47,462 nucleotides of DNA from Patescibacteria group bacterium (GTDB taxonomy: Bacteria; Patescibacteriota; Patescibacteriia; UBA11705; DATKZF01): the NCBI GenBank assembly GCA_049319825.1, contig JBMORT010000002.1:337230-384691 (forward strand), given 5' to 3'. Below the pieces are notes generated by a model, which did not search any database, was not told the DNA's origin, and worked only from the letters and a program-made list of their open reading frames with translations. The position numbers were made by a program, and so were the translations under genes. How positions within the stretch are numbered: position 1 is the first letter of the stretch; the number at the start of each line of letters is the position of its first letter. Positions 39,608-47,462 of this stretch are shown in pieces.

Positions 39608-39636
39608 TTGACAAAAAAATCAAATTATGCTATATT
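39608..39636 (+). promoter_or_regulatory. Promoter TTGACA-17-TATATT, followed by a structured leader of ~150 nt
   Basis: Hexamers at 39608-39613 and 39631-39636. The leader has stems TAGGTAT/ATACCTA, AATTCGG/CCGAATT and TTATTGG/CCAATAA. Confidence 0.5.
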
Positions 39637-39791
39637 ACTTTGATATCATTAGGTATTTTCAGCATGGAGAATTATACCTATTTCAAACTTCTAATTCGGG
39701 GTAGGTTATTGGGGTGTTTTGGTCTAAAATAAGCCAATAATGTGTTCCGAATTGAGGAAACTGAACGTTTAACGTTTTAGGAGGGACGAAA

Positions 39792-40409
39792 ATGAGTGAA
39801 GGAAAAGTCAGTGCGGGATCTGTTTTTTCTATCGTTACCGTGATCATGATGGTCGCGGTACTGGTAGTCGTGTTGGTCATCGCGTTCAAGGGCGACGGCC
39901 AGCCCCAGCCCGCGCCGGCTTCGACCGTCGCGGCTACGTCGTCTACGGCAACGCCGAGCGGCATCGGGATTTCCGACCTTAACGCGCTGGGTTCAAGTAT
40001 GAACCAGCGCATGGACGGCTTTGACGGCCGGCTCGGCGGGGTCGAGCGGGAAGTCGGCGAGGTCAAGCAAGGCCTTGTCGATGTCCGCAATGACCTCAAG
40101 GAAATGCCGGAGGTCATGCGGCAAATGCTGGTCGAGAGCGGTGGCCGCGGCATCCCCATGGGGTGCAATGGTCTGTCCAACTGCGGACGTTCTTGTCCGG
40201 ACGGCACCACCGGCTACCGAGTTGCGGACACCTTGCCGGACGGAAGGCGGGTGTATTACATCAAGTGCGACAAGGTGAGAACCAGGCGTGCTGCGCCGCC
40301 GGCGGCCCAGCCATCAGCTGAGGGCGCGACCCGTCACGTCAAGGAGACCTGGGCGTACCCGGTTCCCGGCGGCGGCTGGAGCGGGTACGAGACGCGATCC
40401 GTTCAGTAG
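39792..40409 (+). CDS. N-terminally anchored membrane protein with a coiled-coil segment and a Cys-containing C-domain
   Basis: TAGGAGGGACGAAA precedes the ATG. TM helix VFSIVTVIMMVAVLVVVLVIAF. GC-rich with GAC/GGC codon style. Confidence 0.7.
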   Translation: MSEGKVSAGSVFSIVTVIMMVAVLVVVLVIAFKGDGQPQPAPASTVAATSSTATPSGIGISDLNALGSSMNQRMDGFDGRLGGVEREVGEVKQGLVDVRNDLKEMPEVMRQMLVESGGRGIPMGCNGLSNCGRSCPDGTTGYRVADTLPDGRRVYYIKCDKVRTRRAAPPAAQPSAEGATRHVKETWAYPVPGGGWSGYETRSVQ

Positions 40410-40475
40410 TTGACCAAGACAAGAAGAAGGGAAGGAGGAAGCGGCAAGATACGGACAACTCTGTATTTTGCCTTT

Positions 40476-40516
40476 TGCACCGTTTATGCTTCAGAAAATG
40501 AAGCATGCGCGGTGCA
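40476..40516 (+). other. Strong nested intercistronic hairpin
   Basis: TGCACCG-ttt-ATGCTTCA-gaaaa-TGAAGCAT-gcg-CGGTGCA. No T-run follows. Confidence 0.5.
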
Positions 40517-40562
40517 GAAGAAACTGCAATAAACCATAACCGATTTAAGGGAGGAAATAATC

Positions 40563-41111
40563 ATGTCCAGCACGTCGTTCAAGGTGGTTGCGTTGGTCAC
40601 TTGTGTTTCATTTTTCTTCGTCGCCTGCGGGAGTTCGTCCAGTACGACGCGCAGGTCCAGCGCCAGCGCCGGGTACAACGGAAACGTGACGCTGGACCCG
40701 GTTCAGCAGGATCTGCGCGAGTGCGAGGCGCGCATTATGAGCGGCCTTGCCAATGGGCAGATGACCAGACTCAATTCCGGTCGAATCTGCAGGAACGCCG
40801 CCGGCACCCCGCACGTACAGCTCCGGAAGGAAGAGTACGTGGAAGGGAACGGACCGGTAGTTCGAGAGTGGCGGTCAGAAAACCTCCAGCCCGTGCCGTT
40901 CCCGTCGCCTTCGTCCTCATTTCAGGAGGAGGAGCAGATCGAGGACGATTCCAGCGTCTGGGATTGGCTGGGGCCGGTCCTGATCGCGACGGCGGTTCTT
41001 TCAACTACGGCCGCGCTCATCTGGGCGGCCGAAACCTGCCGTCTGTCGCCGTGCGTGGAGTACCACCGCGGCGTATCTCAGCAGAATGGTCTCACCGCAT
41101 TCCACTTTTAG
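40563..41111 (+). CDS. Lipoprotein with an additional C-terminal TM helix
   Basis: AGGGAGGAAATAATC precedes the ATG. Lipobox FFVAC/GSSSS. C-terminal helix LGPVLIATAVLSTTAALIWAA. Confidence 0.7.
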   Translation: MSSTSFKVVALVTCVSFFFVACGSSSSTTRRSSASAGYNGNVTLDPVQQDLRECEARIMSGLANGQMTRLNSGRICRNAAGTPHVQLRKEEYVEGNGPVVREWRSENLQPVPFPSPSSSFQEEEQIEDDSSVWDWLGPVLIATAVLSTTAALIWAAETCRLSPCVEYHRGVSQQNGLTAFHF

Positions 41112-41254
41112 TTCTTTTTTCCCCAATCGCCACGGCAATTGGGGTCTTAATCGAAGCTCATCAGCGAAAGCTAGTGATTTTCGACTAAGGAGCGAATTCA
41201 ACGAACAAACCGAACAGCACCAGTTAACAACACCAGTTTAGGAGGAAGAACATC

Positions 41255-44164
<2,910 letters not shown>

Positions 44165-44178
44165 GCGCTACCTAACTT

Positions 44179-44216
44179 GAGCTCTTGATCAACGATCAGG
44201 GGCTCTTTTATTTTTT
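44179..44216 (+). terminator. Rho-independent terminator closing the 39792-44164 operon
   Basis: GAGCTCTTGATC-aac-GATCAGGGGCTC followed by TTTTATTTTTT. Confidence 0.65.
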
Positions 44217-44275
44217 GAAAAGGGGACTACGAAACTACGAAAAGTTTCGAATTCTACGAAAACATGCCATATACA

Positions 44276-44304
44276 TTGACAAAATCGATAAAATATGATA
44301 TAAT
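44276..44304 (+). promoter_or_regulatory. Consensus promoter TTGACA-17-TATAAT, preceded by three CTACGAAA direct repeats
   Basis: Hexamers at 44276-44281 and 44299-44304. CTACGAAA at 44227, 44235 and 44254. Confidence 0.55.
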
Positions 44305-44336
44305 TATTTGATAAATCCAAACCAAGGAGAGTTGAA

Positions 44337-44714
44337 ATGACTCGTTTTTTTGCAGTTTTGGCGGCCTTTTTTAGCCTTCAGGGATGTGTTATCGACTATC
44401 AGGAAACGGCCAAAAGGGAAGAGGCCGGATCTATCGTCAATGATCCGATGCCCGAGGACCCGGGCCTGATTAAGCCGCGGGTCAATCTGGCCGACGCCCT
44501 CAACCGGGCAATCGACGAGGATCCGGTGGTGGTGGCGGATATCAAGCGATGCAAAAAGCTTAATATTCCGCCCAAACATTACCTCCCGTTCAAGGAGACG
44601 GGCAACCTCTGCGTGGCCGATAGGGATGGCCAAAAGGAGCTCAAAATTCATCCTGGACACATCGGCCGTATCAGGGACGGCCTTGAGCGCAAACTGGCTG
44701 GGAAAATGCCTTAA
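44337..44714 (+). CDS. Small lipoprotein (125 aa)
   Basis: AAGGAGAG precedes the ATG. Lipobox FSLQGC. Confidence 0.7.
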   Translation: MTRFFAVLAAFFSLQGCVIDYQETAKREEAGSIVNDPMPEDPGLIKPRVNLADALNRAIDEDPVVVADIKRCKKLNIPPKHYLPFKETGNLCVADRDGQKELKIHPGHIGRIRDGLERKLAGKMP

Positions 44715-44810
44715 ATTGGCGTTTTTTCGGCCATTTCCGCAGCTTTCGAAGCACTTCGAAGGCTGTTTTTATTATAAAATAGACTTTAATGCTTGTGTAA
44801 ATATTATTTT

Positions 44811-44883
44811 CCAATTTCGGCTCGCGCCGACCTACTTTTTGTAACCCTTCGGCTACGCTCAGGGCAGGCCAAAAAGTAGGCAA
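44811..44883. repeat. 73-bp repeat, copy B (identical to 39336-39408)
   Basis: Base-for-base identical by eye, in the same orientation. Confidence 0.9.
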
Positions 44884-44933
44884 CCTGTCATCGCTTATTT
44901 ATAATATTTTTGTAAAGTATTTACCATTATTTC

Positions 44934-44958
44934 GTCTTCATTATTGAAGACATTTTTT
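44934..44958 (+). terminator. Rho-independent terminator
   Basis: GTCTTCA-ttat-TGAAGAC followed by ATTTTTT. Confidence 0.6.
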
Positions 44959-45017
44959 GTTCAAATTTATACAAAAAATAGGCGTTTGACGCGTATTGAA
45001 AATTATGGCCGAAAAAC

Positions 45018-45046
45018 TTGACAAAATAAGTGTTTTTTGCTAAGGT
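45018..45046 (+). promoter_or_regulatory. Candidate promoter TTGACA-17-TAAGGT
   Basis: Hexamers at 45018-45023 and 45041-45046. Confidence 0.4.
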
Positions 45047-45207
45047 AAGGAGTCAAAATTATTCTGGGATGATTGTGCCTTGTTAATAAAAAACTGCCTG
45101 AAAACGGTCTGAAAAAAATTTTTTGGATGGTTTTCAGCCAGCATTTTGCTGGCGCTCGGTTCGTTGACAACCACCCTTTTCAACAAGGGAATAAAAAGGA
45201 GAGAAAA

Positions 45208-47462
45208 ATGAAGAAGAAGAACGAAAGGCGTCTGGTCAACTCGCTTTGCGGACTGATTTTCATTTTCGGCTGGGGGATTTTCGGCTGCTCCGACAAGAAT
45301 CAATGTACTTTCAGCGATGAATGCGGCGCGGGCGAGGCCTGCGTCAATCACCATTGTGTGACCGGAAGCAGCGTCTCGCACGAGACGCCTGATGTGCCGG
45401 CCAGCTCGGATAGCCCGAGCGGCGGAGGAAATTCTGATACGACCAATCCTCCGCCCAGCACCAATCCGCCTCCGGCGGCTTGTACGCCGACCGGCATCGA
45501 AAAGTGCGACGGGCTCGACAATGACTGTGATGGTCTGGTCGATGAAGACGTACTCAACGACTGCGGATCCTGCGGGCCAGTGCCTGCGGAGATCTGCAAT
45601 GGCGAAGACGACGACTGCGACGGAGACGTCGATGAAGGACTTCGAAACGATTGCGGCCACTGCGGGCCGATTCCGCCTGAAGAGTGCGGCAACAAGCTCG
45701 ACGATGACTGCGACGGCGATATCGACGAAGGCTGTGAATGCAAAATCGTCGGTGAAACCGAGGTCTGTGAGATCGGAGATCTTCTGGGCCAGTGCAAGTT
45801 TGGTGAGCGTGTCTGCACGCATGACTACAACTGGAGCCATTGCATGCAGGTTGTTTTCCCGGAACCGGAAATCTGCAACGACTGGGATGACGACTGCGAT
45901 GGACAGATTGATGAAGAGTTGATCAACAACTGCGGCCAATGCGGTTTGCCGCCGGCCGAAATCTGCGACGGCTACGACAACGATTGTGACGGTGACATCG
46001 ATGAAGGCTGCGAATGCCTTATCGGTCAGCATCGCCTGTGCGGCACCAATATCGGCCTTTGTCAGCAGGGTATTGAAACCTGCGTCAGCTACGGCAGTGG
46101 TGTCGGTCACTGGTCGGATTGTGTCGGCGCCATCGAGCCGGATGTTGAAATCTGCGATGGTCGCGACAACAACTGCGACAGCGTCATCGACAACGGCTGC
46201 GCCTGCACCATCGGCGAGACCCGCTCCTGCGGGATCGATATCGGTCAGTGCTCGCGCGGTATTCAAACATGCGTCGATAACGGCGCTGGCCTGGGTACCT
46301 GGAGCGACTGCGCCGGATCATTTGTCGGCCCGGACGTGGAAATCTGCGACGGGCAGGACAATAACTGCGACGGCCATATCGACGAAGATTTGCTCAACGC
46401 CTGCGGGACGTGCGGCCAGGCGCCGGACGAAATCTGCGACGGCGAAGACAATGACTGCGACAGCGCCATCGATGAGGGCTGCGATTGCACCGTCGGCTGG
46501 AGCCGTGAGTGCGGTTCTGACCTTGGTGAGTGCGTCATCGGGACCCAGAATTGCTACGACGACGGGAACGGACTGGGCATCTGGGGTACCTGCGAAGGCG
46601 CCTTTGTCGGTCCGAATATGGAAATTTGCGACGGTTTGGACAATGACTGCGATGGTGACGCCGACGAAGCGTTACTAAACATGTGCGGCCAGTGCGGCGT
46701 GGTCCCTGCGGAGATCTGCGACGGCGTTGATAACGACTGCGACGGCGGGATCGACGAGGACTGCGACTGCACGATCGGGCAGGCCAAAACCTGCGGCACC
46801 GATATGGGGCAGTGCGAGTTCGGTATCCAGATCTGCTATGATCTGGGCAATCATATGGGCTACTGGGGCGATTGCGAAGAGCCCTTTGTCGGTCCGAGCG
46901 TTGAAGTCTGCGACGGCGCGGACAATGACTGCGACGGCGGGATCGACGAGGGGTGCGACTGCACGATCGGGATCATTCGCGTCTGCGGATCGACCATGGG
47001 CGTGTGTGAACTCGGTACCCAGGAATGCCTGGACAATGGTTATGGCATCGGTTATTGGGGCGAATGTCTCAATGACACGGAGCCGAGCGTAGAGATCTGC
47101 GACGGAGCGGACAACAACTGCGACGGCGCGATCGATGAAGGCTGCACGTGTACTATCGGTCAGTTCATCGGCTGCGGCTCTGATTTGGGCGAATGCGTGC
47201 GCGGCACGCAGGAATGCCTGGATTTGGGTAACGGTACGGGCTACTGGTCCGATTGCGGCGGTTCGTTTGTCGGTCCGATGACCGAGACCTGCAATGGTCT
47301 GGATGACGATTGCGACGGCGATGCCGACGAGGAGTTGCTCAACGCGTGCGGAACTTGCGGGCCGGTGCCCGCGGAGCTCTGCGACGGCGTTGACAACGAT
47401 TGCGACGGCGACGTCGACGAGAACTGCCAGTGCACGATCGGCCAGACCGAGTCCTGCGGGAC
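45208..47462 (+). CDS. Giant cysteine-rich repeat lipoprotein (more than 751 codons, open at the window end); absent from the ORF track
   Basis: AAAAGGAGAGAAAA precedes ATG 45208. I translated this frame by hand to 47460 and found no stop. Sequence MKKKNERRLVNSLCGLIFIFGWGIFGC/SDK (lipobox), then a Pro-rich linker, then at least 14 CDG.D[ND][ND]CD[GS]..DE motifs. These alternate with C.C.IG..R.CG...G.C..G.Q.C modules and LLN.CG.CG..P.E modules. Confidence 0.88.
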   Translation, partial: MKKKNERRLVNSLCGLIFIFGWGIFGCSDKNQCTFSDECGAGEACVNHHCVTGSSVSHETPDVPASSDSPSGGGNSDTTNPPPSTNPPPAACTPTGIEKCDGLDNDCDGLVDEDVLNDCGSCGPVPAEICNGEDDDCDGDVDEGLRNDCGHCGPIPPEECGNKLDDDCDGDIDEGCECKIVGETEVCEIGDLLGQCKFGERVCTHDYNWSHCMQVVFPEPEICNDWDDDCDGQIDEELINNCGQCGLPPAEICDGYDNDCDGDIDEGCECLIGQHRLCGTNIGLCQQGIETCVSYGSGVGHWSDCVGAIEPDVEICDGRDNNCDSVIDNGCACTIGETRSCGIDIGQCSRGIQTCVDNGAGLGTWSDCAGSFVGPDVEICDGQDNNCDGHIDEDLLNACGTCGQAPDEICDGEDNDCDSAIDEGCDCTVGWSRECGSDLGECVIGTQNCYDDGNGLGIWGTCEGAFVGPNMEICDGLDNDCDGDADEALLNMCGQCGVVPAEICDGVDNDCDGGIDEDCDCTIGQAKTCGTDMGQCEFGIQICYDLGNHMGYWGDCEEPFVGPSVEVCDGADNDCDGGIDEGCDCTIGIIRVCGSTMGVCELGTQECLDNGYGIGYWGECLNDTEPSVEICDGADNNCDGAIDEGCTCTIGQFIGCGSDLGECVRGTQECLDLGNGTGYWSDCGGSFVGPMTETCNGLDDDCDGDADEELLNACGTCGPVPAELCDGVDNDCDGDVDENCQCTIGQTESCG

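Noticed and set aside
40505-41188. 227-aa plus-strand ORF overlapping the 40563 gene in another frame
   Set aside because: Arg-rich and without an RBS. The 40563 frame has an SD site, a lipobox and a C-terminal TM helix.
45040-46266. 408-aa minus-strand ORF, plus plus-strand ORFs 45392-45922, 45986-46678 and 46727-47092 and minus-strand ORFs 46263-46538, 46554-46799 and 47241-47435
   Set aside because: These are shadow or off-frame ORFs of the GC-rich repeat gene at 45208+. They are Ala/Arg/Ser/Thr-rich low-complexity translations with no RBS. The frame from ATG 45208 has an SD site, a lipobox and a regular Cys-repeat architecture.

Overview
An AT-rich, tightly packed bacterial segment. Its gene content and style fit a small-genome Patescibacteria/CPR-like organism; that assignment is inference, since no rRNA is present. 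Standard genetic code: TAA, TAG and TGA all close long ORFs.

Coordinates 1-35.4 kb hold mostly housekeeping and envelope genes: nusG (partial), secE, lysS, gyrB, a SEDS FtsW/RodA protein, rplY, DUF3048, prmC-prfA-rpmE, a fused pyrB-pyrI, a PLD/cardiolipin-synthase-like protein, YtxH, lgt, rfbD, rfbA, a PEGA protein, tRNA-Asp, infC-rpmI-rplT, tmRNA plus smpB, an AI-2E transporter, a catalytically dead HtrA-like PDZ protein and a Wzz-like protein.

The ORF track misses four features:
- a tmRNA at 29975-30363 (-)
- tRNA-Asp at 27331-27407 (-)
- the nusG start at 1-55 (-)
- a >751-codon plus-strand ORF at 45208-47462 that runs off the window

From about 35.4 kb to the window end the character changes. 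Coding GC and codon choice shift sharply. Every gene has a strong Shine-Dalgarno site, which the core genes lack. Nearly all products are lipoproteins or membrane-anchored coiled-coil proteins (the 969-aa protein has a signal/anchor-type N-terminus). Two are giant cysteine/aspartate-rich repeat proteins with CDGxDNDCDG and CGNGxxExGE motifs. A perfect 73-bp direct repeat brackets a four-gene cassette. I regard this as an uncharacterised, probably imported, cell-surface module.

The second main oddity is the 676-bp non-coding gap between smpB and the AI-2E gene. It holds a ~243-nt purine-arm/pyrimidine-arm hairpin that closes only with G:U pairs on the plus strand and has a G-quadruplex-capable apex. 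A three-segment mutually exclusive pairing element follows it.

All calls are from reading the sequence by eye. No searches or folding programs were run.
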